Notes under the pieces: generated by a model
What the model was told of the DNA's origin: nothing
What the model saw: only the letters and a program-made list of their open reading frames with translations
Databases searched by the model: none
DNA from: Phyllobates terribilis
Lineage: Eukaryota
DNA length: 64,000 nt
Assembly (NCBI RefSeq): GCF_046119375.1
Contig: NW_027362767.1
Location: 207,824,001 to 207,888,000, forward strand
Reading direction: 5' to 3'
Position numbers and translations under genes: made by a program
Part shown: piece after piece, positions 1-11,319 of the stretch
Position numbering within the stretch: position 1 is the stretch's first letter
Layout: each line of letters starts with the position of its first letter

Positions 1-360
1 TTTTTGTGTTCATGTTTGCATACAGAGCGGTGACCCCCAGATCTGCCTCTGTACAGACGATCGTCGCTCATTAATGGTGCAGAGATCAGCGGGGACGTGA
101 GCTCCGAGTCTGCAGGAGACATAATGCCTCCGGGATGACACCGGTCCCGCGGCACACCGCCCCGCACCACACCAGCCATTACCGATCACTGCACCCTTAC
201 ACTTGGCCGTTGTCGCTGTACTCCGTCATTATTCGTTTCTTATAATAACCAATAGAAAACAAGAGCAAAGCTCGTACATGCAAAGGGTTAATCAGCGCTA
301 GATGGCAACGACCTGATCATGAATACGCTGCACCTCCCGAATCATTAAAGGTCTGAACGG

Positions 361-2647
361 CCCACAGATAACGGGAGAGGGGGGGACACAGCGCCCACAG
401 ATAACGGGAGAGGGGGGGGGGGGACGTACAGCGCCCACAGATAACGGGAGAGGGGGGGGGGGGCCACAGCGCCCACAGATAACGGGAGAGGGGGGGGGGG
501 GAGGTACAGCGCCCACAGATAACGGGAGGGGGGGGGGGGAGGTACAGCGCCCACAGATAACGGGAGAGGGGGGGGGAGGTACAGCGCCCACAGATAACGG
601 GAGAGGGGGGGGGGGAGGTACAGCGCCCACAGATAATGGGAGAGGGGGGGGGGGAGGTACAGCGCCCACAGATAACGGGAGAGGGGGGGGGGGGAGGTAC
701 AGCGCCCACAGATAACGGGAGGGGGGGGGGGGGAGGTACAGCGCCCACAGATAACGGGAGAGGGGGGTACAGCGCCCACAGATAACGGCAGGGGGAGGGG
801 GGGGGGAGGTACAGCGCCCACAGATAACGGGAGAGGGGGGGGTACAGCGCCCACAGATAACGGGAGGGAGGGGGACACAGCGCGCACAGATAACGGCAGG
901 GGGAGGGGGGGGGGGTACAGCGCCCACAGATAACGGGAGAGGGGGGGACACAGCGCGCACAGATAACGGCAGGGGGAGGGGGGAGGTACAGCGCCCACAG
1001 ATAACGGGAGAGGGGGGGACACAGCGCGCACAGATAACGGGAGAGGGGGGGACACAGCGCGCACAGATAACGGGAGAAGGGGGGACACAGCGCGCACAGA
1101 TAACGGGAGGGGGGGAGGTACAGCGCCCACAGATAACGGGAGAGGGGGGGCCACAGCGCCCACAGATAACGGGAGAGGGGGGGCCACAGCGCCCACAGAT
1201 AACGGGAGAGGGGGGGCCACAGCGCCCACAGATAACGGGAGAGGGGGGGGTACAGCGCCCACAGATAACGGGAGAGGGGGGGGGGAGAGGTACAGCACCC
1301 ACAGATAACGGGAGAGGGGGGGACACAGCGCGCACAGATGCCGGGAGAGGGGGGGGGGGACACAGCGCGCACAGATGCCGGGAGAGGGGGGGGGGGGGAC
1401 ACAGCGCGCACAGATGCCGGGAGAGGGGGGGGGACACAGCGCGCACAGATGCCGGGAGAGGGGGGGGGACACAGCGCGCACAGATGCCGGGAGAGGGGGG
1501 GGGGGGGGGACACAGCGCGCACAGATGCCGGGAGAGGGGGGGGGGGGGGACACAGCGCGCACAGATGCCGGGAGAGGGGGGGGGGGGACACAGCGCGCAC
1601 AGATGCCGGGAGAGGGGGGGGGGGGGACACAGCGCGCACAGATGCCGGGAGAGGGGGGGGGGGGGACACAGCGCGCACAGATGCCGGGAGAGGGGGGGGG
1701 GGGGGACACAGCGCGCACAGATGCCGGGAGAGGGGGGGGGGGGACACAGCGCGCACAGATGCCGGGAGAGGGGGGGGGGGACACAGCGCGCACAGATGCC
1801 GGGAGAGGGGGGGGGACACAGCGCGCACAGATGCCGGGAGAGGGGGGGGACGGGACACAGCGCGCACAGATGCCGGGAGAGGGGGGGGACGGGACACAGC
1901 GCGCACAGATGCCGGGAGAGGGGGGGGACGGGACACAGCGCGCACAGATGCCGGGAGAGGGGGGGGACGGGACACAGCGCGCACAGATGCCGGGAGAGGG
2001 GGGGGACGGGACACAGCGCGCACAGATGCCGGGAGAGGGGGGGGACGGGACACAGCGCGCACAGATGCCGGGAGAGGGGGGGGGGGACACAGCGCGCACA
2101 GATAACGGGAGAGGGGGGGGACACAGCGCGCACAGATAACGGGAGAGGGGGGGGACACAGCGCGCACAGATAACGGGAGAGGGGGGGACACAGCGCGCAC
2201 AGATGCCGGGAGAGGGGGGGGACACAGCGCGCACAGATGCCGGGAGAGGGGGGGACACAGCGCGCACAGATGCCGGGAGAGGGGGGGACACAGCGCGCAC
2301 AGATGCCGGGAGAGGGGGGGGACACAGCACGCACAGATGCCGGGAGAGGGGGGGACACAGCGCGCACAGATGCCGGGAGAGGGGGGGGACACAGCACGCA
2401 CAGATGCCGGGAGAGGGGGGGACACAGCACGCACAGATAACGGGAGAGGGGGGGGACACAGCGCGCACAGATAACGGGAGAGGGGGGGGGGACACAGCGC
2501 GCACAGATGCCGGGAGAGGGGGGGACACAGCACGCACAGATGCCGGGAGAGGGGGGGACACAGCGCGCACAGATAACGGGAGAGGGGGGGACACAGCGCG
2601 CACAGATGCCGGGAGAGGGGGGGGGGACACAGCGCGCACAGATGCCG
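361..2647. repeat. GC-rich minisatellite (VNTR) in mpp1 intron 1, unit ~31-40 bp, roughly 65-70 copies
   Basis: Units CAGCGC(C/G)CACAGAT(AAC/GCC)GGGAGAG(G)n(GTA/ACA) with a variable-length G run. This array explains the 710-824 aa ORFs in the track. Confidence 0.97.
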
Positions 2648-2665
2648 GCTGTCCTCCCCCTGTAC

Positions 2666-2791
2666 CTGGGTCGCCGCCCGGTTCTGCAGCAGGGTCTCCA
2701 GGTAGAGATCGGACAGAGCGGACCTCATGCTCGGGCTGTCGCAGCGGCTGATTTCTCGGCTGATTTCTGAGCGCTCGAACTTCAGCGTCAT
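2666..2791 (-). CDS. mpp1: MPP1 (p55, MAGUK scaffold protein 1) first coding exon, 42 codons, phase-0 donor
   Basis: Translates [42 protein letters not shown], matching the recalled human MPP1 N-terminus MTLK...[22 protein letters not shown]. It is followed by the donor CAG|GTACAG at 2665, at the position where I recall human exon 1 ending. Kozak context GAGACATG. Confidence 0.85.
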
Positions 2792-3350
2792 GTCTCCGCC
2801 GTGTCCTCAGGAAGCTGCTCTCCCTCTGTCCGGTCCCGGCTCCTTCCTTCCCGTCTTCCTCTCCTCCTCCTCAGCCTCCTGCCCTCTCCCCTCTTTATCT
2901 CCGCAGAACAGGCTGACTCAGGAAAGCAGGGCAATAGCGATAATGCCTCTGCGCGGCCGGCACACTGCGCAGGTCAGGGAGTCCCCGCGCTCAGCCCCGC
3001 TCCCTGCCCCCGCACATTGCGTCTTTCCGCACACACGTCTCCGTGTCGCTATACCCCGCGCTGCGGTATCACGCCGCCCTCCGCAGAGCCGCCGGGACGG
3101 ATAATGCCGGGGCTCAGCACGTCACAGCGCCGTTATCACACCCCCGGGATGTGAGATGGTACGGCCGGGGTCACATGACCGTCCCTGGAAACGGTCATGT
3201 GATGACAGAGCTCTTGGTGGAAACACGGTCATGTGACGCAGGGGGAGGGGTTGTGTGAGTGACGTCAGCAGCTGGTCTGCGATAAACAAGGGGGTGTGAG
3301 AGTGACCAGCACAGTGCGGCCGCTCCTCACACTGCTGCGCCTCCACAGAC
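2792..3350 (-). promoter_or_regulatory. CpG-rich 5'UTR and promoter of mpp1
   Basis: High CpG density directly upstream of the ATG. GTCACATGAC at 3170, GTCATGTGA at 3194 and 3228, TGACGTCA at 3260, AGATAA (minus strand) near 2894. Confidence 0.7.
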
Positions 3351-3356
3351 CTTACT

Positions 3357-3798
3357 TAAAGGGGTTGTCCATGTTTTCTTACTTTTTTATTTTATTCCAC
3401 AGGCTTATTCTATATGAAGTGAGTGTCCCCAAAAAAGCACTAGTAAGAAAAGTGCAGCACTAGAAGTATAACATTGTCCTGGACCGGCTTAAAGGGGCCG
3501 TCTGTCCAAAACCAAGAGGCATTAGAGCAGCCCCATCCTCTGTGTGCCCAGGCAGGAAGCCATGATGTCACTGTCCCACTAGCCTGTGATTGTCTGCAGT
3601 GGTCAGACGACTACATCAGTATGAAACATCCGATGACACACTGCTCAAGTCATCTGACCGCTGCAGCCAGTCACAGGCTAGTGGGACAGTGACATCACCA
3701 CTTCCTGTCCAGACCACGGAGCTGCCGGTGGGTGACTACGGCATTTTACATTTCTCGTCCTGTGGGCAGTTTTGTGGTTTTCCCTGGTGTCCCCCTAA
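3357..3798. mobile_element. Degenerate TTAA-type (T2/Kolobok-like) MITE with internal hairpin
   Basis: Left end TTAA-AGGGGTTGTCC; ~50-bp inverted arms at 3564-3611 and 3649-3696; right end CCCCCTAA. Confidence 0.45.
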
Positions 3799-4324
3799 AG
3801 GGTTTTACGTCTAATTGTAACATGTTCCGGTCTCACAGTGACGCTAAGAAAACGTTCAATAAAATCTGTAAAAAATATAAATGAAAAACATTCACTTAAT
3901 TAGTGTCGCCCCCTTCTGACCGGCCTGTGCTATAAAACGGTCACACTAACCAGTGTGGTGAACGGCATGCAGAAAACTAAAAACTAAAACCCACCCCTGG
4001 AATACTTTATTTTCTCATTATACTACCGCATATATTTTTTTATAAAAAGCAATTAAAAAGCCGTGTGTAAAGAAAGACGGCATCGCTGAGAACAAGTCAT
4101 CCTGCAAGAAACCGCTCTCAGCAGACAAATCTAACAGTTACAGCTCTCAAAATATCATGAAAACGTTTTTTTTTTTTAGCGTGAAAAGTAGCAAAACATA
4201 AATCTGCTGTCTATAATCGTACAGATCCGAAGAATAAAGTCGCCTTATCACTTATATCGCATGGTGTTCAGAAAAGCAACAAACAAAAAAACTTTTGCTC
4301 ATTCTGCCGCCCACAAGTCAGTCG

Positions 4325-4647
4325 GGGCTCATTCAGACGTCCGTTTTTTTCATAAAACCGGTCGAAGTTTCATCAGTTTTTCTCTGATAGGAAACAACAA
4401 ATAAAAAGGTTTATCTGTCTGCTTTCTCCTATCCAGCAGTGTGTGAATAACGGACGGCGTCCGAGTGCTGTCTGTTCTTTATTTTTCCCCGGACCCATAG
4501 ACCTGCATTGCCCCTTTTTATCTGACACTCAGATCAATATCAGACATGTGAACAGCCCCATAGACCGCTGCCACTAATACCAGGTACGATTTCTTGCCTT
4601 GAAAAACACAGAATTTGTACGTGAAAAACGGATGTGTGAACGAGCCC
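4325..4647. mobile_element. PIF/Harbinger-like MITE
   Basis: TIRs GGGCTCATTCAGACGTCCGTTTTT and AAAAACGGATGTGTGAACGAGCCC, right flank TTA. Confidence 0.6.
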
Positions 4648-6001
4648 TTAGGTTCACATTCATCTGGTGCTCTACGCTAAACATTCACATCACAGTTTCT
4701 ATCTGAATCCATCAGGCCCTTGTCCATTTTATTTACGCATGCCCAGCAGTGGGGTCAACAACTGTTTTGCACATGCCTAAAAAGATGGGACAGTGCCAGA
4801 ACAGAGGCCACATGGAGTCCATAGTGATTCCACCTGCCTCAGAGCCAATGGTATTGTCGGGGGATCCAGAAACCCCGAAGTGCTGAGCATAGAACACGAG
4901 ATAAATGTGAATCTAGACTTAAATGCATTCCAGAATGTTATATGCTCCAAAATAAGAACTTCAACTCGTCTTCCAAAGAACAAGCCTCCACTCAGGTCCG
5001 TCACCTGTCAACTTAAAAATACAGGGTCTCCGTGTTACCAGTAGCTCACAGGCCATGGGAAAGCATCAGTGTCTCCCAAAAATAAGTCCAGCAAAATCCG
5101 TGCTTCCAAAGCCAAATGCTCTTCTTTCCTCTGTTCTGAAACCCACTGTGCCAAAACAGCAGTTGGCATCCACATGTAGCGGGAGAATCCTCTTAACTGG
5201 TTTCTGGGTTCATGTCTCAAATATTCAAGCTAATTCCCTGGCCATTCCGATGGCTGGTCATTTAGGGATCAATAAGACCAAGGCCAGGCTAGCCCAGCAT
5301 TTCTACTGGCCACGGATGGGGGCCGGTAGGTGGCTGCCTGTCATGTGACACCTGTTAGAGGGTGTGGAAGGTCGGGCGGCATCCCAAAGCCCCACTGGTA
5401 ACTCTGCCCATCATTGAAGAGCTTTTCAGGAGGGTGGCTGTGGATTTGGTGGGCCCGATAGTCACTCCCAGCAGCTCTGGGAAACGTTTCATACTGACGG
5501 TAGTAGACTATGCCACCCGGTACCCGGAAGCTGTAGTCTTGTCGTCCATTCGGGCCGACAAGGTGGCCATCGCCTTACTGGAGATTTTCTCCTGAGTGGG
5601 TTTTCCCCAGGAAATGCTCACCAACCGGGGAACCCAGTTCATGTCACAGCTGATGGAGTCCCTCTGTAAGCAAATACAGGTGCAACATCTGGTGACCAGC
5701 CCGTTCCACCCACAGACCAACCGCCTGTGCAAACGGTTCAATGGCACCCTGAAGCAGATGCTTAAGATGTTGGTAGACTCCCACGGGCGCGACTGGGAAC
5801 GGTACCTCCCATACCTGCTACCTGCCTACCGGGAGGTTCCGTCGGCCTCAACGGTGTTCTCCCACTTTGAGCTCCTGTACGGCCGGCGTGCATGGGGCCC
5901 CCTGGCTCTGGAGAAGGAGGTCTGGGAAGGGGACTTAGCCAGCCCTGGAGTGTTGGTCATTGAATATGTTGTGCGCTTCCGTGACAAAATGCAGGCCTTG
6001 G

Positions 6002-8318
6002 TGACGCGCCCCCTGGGCCGTGGGGTACTCGGCAGCCGGGCCTCTGGTTGCTGGGGGATATCACGGTAGCTGGCCCGGTCCGTGACCCAGGACGGTCAGT
6101 AAAAGGGGGAATATTTATAAGGGATTAGGAAAGTTCGTGACGCCACCCATGGAATGCGGCTAAAGGGAGCCGCCGCTGCTGTGGCGCCCCTGAGGGTTCA
6201 GTCGCCACAGGGGTACTGCACCTCAGAACGAGGTGTGGTATCTCCTCTCCAAGGTAAGGATGGAGCACCACACAGGACCCCAACCACACACTCAACACTA
6301 CACCACTCCAGTTCTGAAGGGCGCCTAAAAGCACCATAGTCCTGCCCCGGGCCTGAATGGAGGAGTTGGGGGGAACCAAAGTTAGGGGGAACCATGTAGT
6401 GAGTGAGGGTGGAGGAAGCACTTTACTTTAGCACTTAATTGAATCATATATAACTGGAGGCCATTTTAAGAACCGGGTCTTTAGTCGTGGGTCTTTGGGT
6501 CGCCTCAGGGTCCACGGTTCCCGGTCTCAGGCCTCGAGACAGGGGACTAGGGGAGAGTTAAAACCGGCTCTGTCCCCGGTCAGAGTCCAGCCAAGAAGGC
6601 CCAGGAGGGGAGCAGAGGAGTTAGGCTCCACAGGCGAAAGGATCTCAGGGGGTGCGGACGGAGCGGAGTCGCCACCTGCATACCTTATTCTGGCCCAGCC
6701 AGAGAGACCCTGCCGCAAGAGGGGGTACCGGTCCCCGATTATCTGACTTTGCACTTCACGTCTCTGTCAGAAAAGTCCGGAGGCTTATGTGGATCCCAGG
6801 GGGATACGGACGGAGCGGAGTCGCCACCTGTATTCCCTAATCTGAGTTCATCCAGAGGGACCCGACCTTACGCCACGTTCTCACCACTAGTAACCAAGAA
6901 GGGCACCCAGTCGGTCTGGGAGCTACACGCTACCCATCAAGGACATCGCAGTACCCGTGCGGGACACAGTGGTGGGACACAAGGCGGGAGAAGTTCACCA
7001 TGAGAGGAACACTTTAGAGCAGGGGTCCTGTCGAGCGCTCCTGAACAACCTGGAGGGTGCTGAACCCCACCCTGGCGGCCGCAGCTCGCCGTGTGACAGC
7101 GGAGAGAAGCTCTGAGCTGAGAAAGCACCACCGTGAGTAAAGACTTGGATGACTTCAACTACTGCCTCTGTCTGTTCTTTCCTCCGCAGCTCTGCACCCG
7201 CCAATGCTCTATTCTGCATCCCTTCTCCTCCGCTGCCCTGAGGCCCCGCTCCACCTGTGGGGAGCCGCACCAACTAAGCTGCCTGAACACTGGCCTCAGA
7301 GGACTGTCGCAGCTCTGGTGATCCTCACCAGACACCACAGGTGGCGTCACAAACAATTTCCCCTTTCCCATACACCTTTCCCCCCATTCCTTGTTTTTAA
7401 GAGTGACTCCAGGGTACGGGCCCGGGAGCCGGCCACCGCGTCACTGTGGAGCAGTCCCCTGTAGCTGGTATTACGGCAGCAGGGATGGTGTGGCTCTCCA
7501 CAGGTAGAGCAAGCTCCAGGGCAGTGTAGGGGTAGATGGTGGATGCGGGGAGAGACGGCAGGACGGTCCCGGAGGAAAAGATGGACACTCACACGGGGGT
7601 AAGCTTCAGTACCTTTACTGGTGTGATGTTGCAGGCATGGTCCAGGGTACTCCGGGCGAAGGGCGCACTTCTGGACTTTCCCCAGTGAGCGGGTATAGGG
7701 CCTCCTGATCCGTGGCTTTACTCACTAAGCTTCTGGCCTGCCTGGAACTAGGCCTAGCTTGGTTACTGTCTCTCTTTGCTCCTGCTGACCTGGTGGTAGG
7801 GCCTTCTTTTGGAGATCACTCTTCCTGTACGCTGGGGCCTCCGTGACTCCTAGCCCTGGTACTGTAGTCAGCGTTAGGTAAACCTGGGACCTGTAGTCCT
7901 CCAGGGGTTCCGGTGGTTCCTACTGGGTATAAATGGCCCTGTAGGTGCAGACCCGGTGTCTGGTATATATCTCGGGGTGAGCCTGGTATGCTCCTCTGCC
8001 CCCTCGCTACTTCTTCCTTCTCCTCTCGCCTTTGGCCCACTCAAGGCCCTCACTAGGCCTTCACACGTGCTGTAGGCCTTGGCTCGCCTAAGCACAGCAG
8101 CCAGCGCTGCTCTCTTTGATCGTCAGCATGCTCTCTGCTCAACTCTGAGCTCTGACTCCAAACTCTAACTGCAACTGAACTGAGCTGCCTGGCTCCACCC
8201 TCCCTATGGTCTGAGGTGGTAGGGTGGAGGTGTGTGAATGTGTGAGGGCCTCTTGTGGAGAAGTCCATCCGTGCACCCTTCTGGGTTCTGTGGCACCAAT
8301 GCGCAGCAGGGCGCCACA
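6002..8318 (-). mobile_element. LTR-like element family A (solo-LTR-like), interrupted by a second copy
   Basis: TG...CA ends; 4-bp TSD TTGG at 5998-6001 and 8319-8322; similar to copies at 39556, 42517 and 50653. Confidence 0.8.
6180..7443 (+). mobile_element. LTR-like element family A nested in the previous copy
   Basis: Starts TGTGGCGCCCC, ends GCGTCA; TSD CTGC/CTGT with 1 mismatch; 7200-7440 is nearly identical to 42230-42450. Confidence 0.75.
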
Positions 8319-9186
8319 TTGGCGCAGCTGGTGCACGACAACATGACGCAAGCCCAGGCCGACCAGAAGCGATGATACGACCAGAATGCTTGTAAAAGGA
8401 CCTACCAGGTTGGTCAAAAGGTGTGGGTACTGGTGCCCGTACCCCAGGACAAGCTTCAGGTGGCCTGGGAAGGCCCGTACCTCGTGCACCAGCAGCTCAA
8501 TGCCGTAACGTACCTGGTCACCCTGGACCACGCCCCGGGGGAGGCGGAAAGCCTTCCACGTAAATATGATGAAGGCACATTATGAGTGGGAGGCCTGCGC
8601 CCTTCCCGTGAGCAACCTGCCAGAAGAGGGAGAGGCGGAAACCCTCCCAGACATGCTCGCCCAGGCTAGGGCTGGTGGGACCATCGAGGAAGTGGAGGCT
8701 TGCCACCAGCTGTTGTCGAACCAATGGTCCCAGCTGTAGGCAACCCTGCACCCCTTCCAGGATTTGTTCAGCAACAAGCTGGGAAGGACAGAGTCAGCCG
8801 TCCATCATGTGGACACCGGGGATCACCCCCCAATCCGGTGTTCAGCATATCGGGTCTCCCTGGAAGTGCAGCAGCACATGTGCCAGGAGATTGACGAGAT
8901 GCTGCAGCTGGGGGTCATCCAACCCTCCAGCAACGTTTGGGCCTCTCTTGTGGTCCTTGTGCCAAAGAAGGACCGGACAACCCAGTTCTGCGTGGACTAC
9001 AGGGGTCTGAACGCTGTCACGGTCACCGATGCGTTCCCAATGCTTTGGGGAGGTCGTGACGTCAAGTCGTGTGGGAAAAGTCTTGCAACAACAAAGAGAA
9101 GGCCCGCACACCTACCATGTGGCAGCCCTTTCCCCGACAGCCAGATTTTTCATACAACCGGTAACTGACTCTTAATAACTGCTTTA

Positions 9187-9982
9187 GGCTATGTGCCCAC
9201 GATGCAGAAATGCTCAGGATTTTTTCCTGAGCGTTTCGGCATCTCCCTGGCAGAAAAAAATGCATGCGGATTGTACATGCGGATTGTACATGCGGATTGT
9301 ACATGCGTTTTCCTGCCAGGGACATGCGGAAGTGAAGCGTTCTTCACTTGCATTTCCGCATGCGGGTTGACAAGCCCTTTCCAAGTGATTTTAGCATCAC
9401 TTGGAAAGTGCTTGACAACTTGGTCACACTATATAAATCCATGCAAACAGCTGCCGACAGCAGTGGATTGAAGGACCTGCCGACGTCAGCGTCGCGTGAC
9501 CCGTCACATGACTCTGACGTCAGCGCAGGTCCTTCATTCCATCGCGAAGTGCCGGGAAGCAAAGAGGAGCGCAGCGCGGGCCGCCAGAAGGTAAGTATAG
9601 ATTTATTTTTTATTTTAGTCTTTTTTTACAGCTTTTTTAATGGTACCTGGGTGTGGATGAGACTCTCCTCTCCTCTACAACCGGATACCATCCGCACATT
9701 AGAACGCGCCAATTACGCAAGTACAGATGCAGTCTTGCGGAATTGGCGCATTCTAATGCAAGTCAATGGCGGCAAAAACGCAGCACTTCCGCAAAATAAT
9801 TGGTAGGGCTGCGTTTTTTTCCGCAATGATAATCCGCAGCGGAAATTTCCCAGCATGTGCACAGCACATGCGGATTATCATTGGGGGACATGGCAGACCT
9901 TCTACCATGCGTTTTTTAAGCGTTTCTGCAACATTTTTGCCGCTGCGGAAAGGCTTAAAAAATGCATCGTGGGCACACAGCC
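9187..9982 (+). mobile_element. PIF/Harbinger-like MITE (family H) with internal 13-bp repeats
   Basis: TIRs GGCTATGTGCCCACGATGC and GCATCGTGGGCACACAGCC, TTA TSD; about 3 copies of CATGCGGATTGTA near 9262-9305. Confidence 0.85.
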
Positions 9983-10559
9983 TTATACCTTTTGTACCCC
10001 GGCTATTGTATTTGTAACTCTGACCACTGTGTATGTATAACCCGTATGTATAGAGCATATTGTTTAGTGTGCCCCTAAGGCAATTAAATATATAATTTAA
10101 CCTGGGGCTGTTCTTTTATCCCTATCCACTAACCTCACGTCTGTTGTTCGGTCTAACGAATACGCTATCGGGCAGGTTTCTAGCCCGATATAAGTCCGTT
10201 ATATCTAATAGAAACTGGTGGCAGCTCTCCCAGGCTGACTAGGCTCTGCTTCACTGGAGCTAGTGAAAGAGCCTTTCAGCCTGTCAGGGGGTGTGAGCGA
10301 GTGTGGGGCCACGTCATTGACTGAGTGGGCCTCCTCTTCTCACTCCCTAGTGCCTTCCTGTACCCATGTGGACAGGGGGTGTTTGTGCAGAAGTGTACCA
10401 ATCTGACCTTACGCGTCCTCGAGGGGGTGTGGAATGTCACATAGGTTCAGAGGGCAGGTCATGCTCCATCTGACTTAACTGTGACGTCAGGCGGGAGGCG
10501 GAGTGTGGATCAATCATAAGTGGTGGCAACAGCGAGATTTGCAGGGTCTCCCTGCTGCC

Positions 10560-11319
10560 ATTTCATCACACTGGGCCCAAAATATTTCCGCTAAAATGCC
10601 ATATTTACAATTTTGGGGCTAAAGCAACATTTTAGGGTAAAAAATAATTACATTTTTCATTCCATTCTTTCCACTTTGCATTAATTTTTGGGAGGCACAG
10701 TACATTATGTGGTTTAATGAATGGTGTCAATCAAAAAAACCAAACAAACAAAAAAAAAACAGCACAGTGTGCTTTAGTGCATATAAAAGGGTGTGGCCGC
10801 CCTTTGTCTGAGCTGAGACGCTCATTCTGCCTCGGGTCTATGCTTATACTAGGGATCCAGTCTCTCTGCCCTTGTCCATATGTATGTCACTTGACAAATG
10901 GTAAGGTTTTTAATATTAGAGTTAGGACTGTCCCATAAGGGTTGCCGTGACGTGGCGGGATGGCTTTTACATTATTTTGATCAAAATTATGTTAACTAAA
11001 TACCCTTTATTATTTATTATTATTTTTGCACTGTGCGATCTACCCATTTACTTCCAGTTATTTGGGTATTTTTCTTGTCTTTGGTTTTTCTCTGTCTAAT
11101 GGCCTTGTGTGAACATGCATTTACATTTTGCATGCACATCAATTTACGTTTCAGTTCAGACCTCCAGGTTTCGGTGTCAATCAAAAGTACAACTCGTCCT
11201 GCATAAAACAAGCCCTCATAAGCCTGGATGGGAAAATAAAAAAGTTATGGTTCTTCGAAGAAGGGGAGGAAAAAACGGAAATGCAAAAATGGAAATTGTT
11301 GGTGTTGGGAAGGGGTTAA
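10560..11319. mobile_element. Probable piggyBac-like non-autonomous fragment (right end)
   Basis: AT-rich body of the same style as 32640-32870 and 37340-38527; ends GGAAGGGGTTAA. Confidence 0.35.

Larger units (their letters stand above)
5240..9046 (+). mobile_element. Decayed Gmr1-like Gypsy pol fragment (integrase followed by RT), split by a nested insertion at 6002-8318
   Basis: GHLGINKT..HFYWP; AVDLVGP..VVDYATRYPEA; NRGTQF; RFNGTLKQML; the join MQAL|AQLVHDNM is restored by removing the insert; WEGPY; then RT start PIRCSAYRV..WAS..VLVPKKD..FCVDYRGLN. Stops and frameshifts are present. Confidence 0.9.

Noticed and set aside
298-2751. Long Pro/Cys- or Gly-rich ORFs (182-824 aa) on both strands
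   Set aside because: They are open in all frames because the minisatellite lacks stop codons. Only the first 42 codons of 317..2791 are genuine.
3269-3286. TAL1-GATA1 composite site (CAGCTG..GATAA)
   Set aside because: The spacer is 6 nt rather than the usual 8-10, and the GATA lacks the 5' W.
4750-5230. Possible L1 C-terminal remnant (LFWHCP) or host exon
   Set aside because: Single short motif and no consistent frame; too weak to call.
10030-10441. Possible solo LTR ending TGTCACA
   Set aside because: No left boundary, TSD or second copy could be established.
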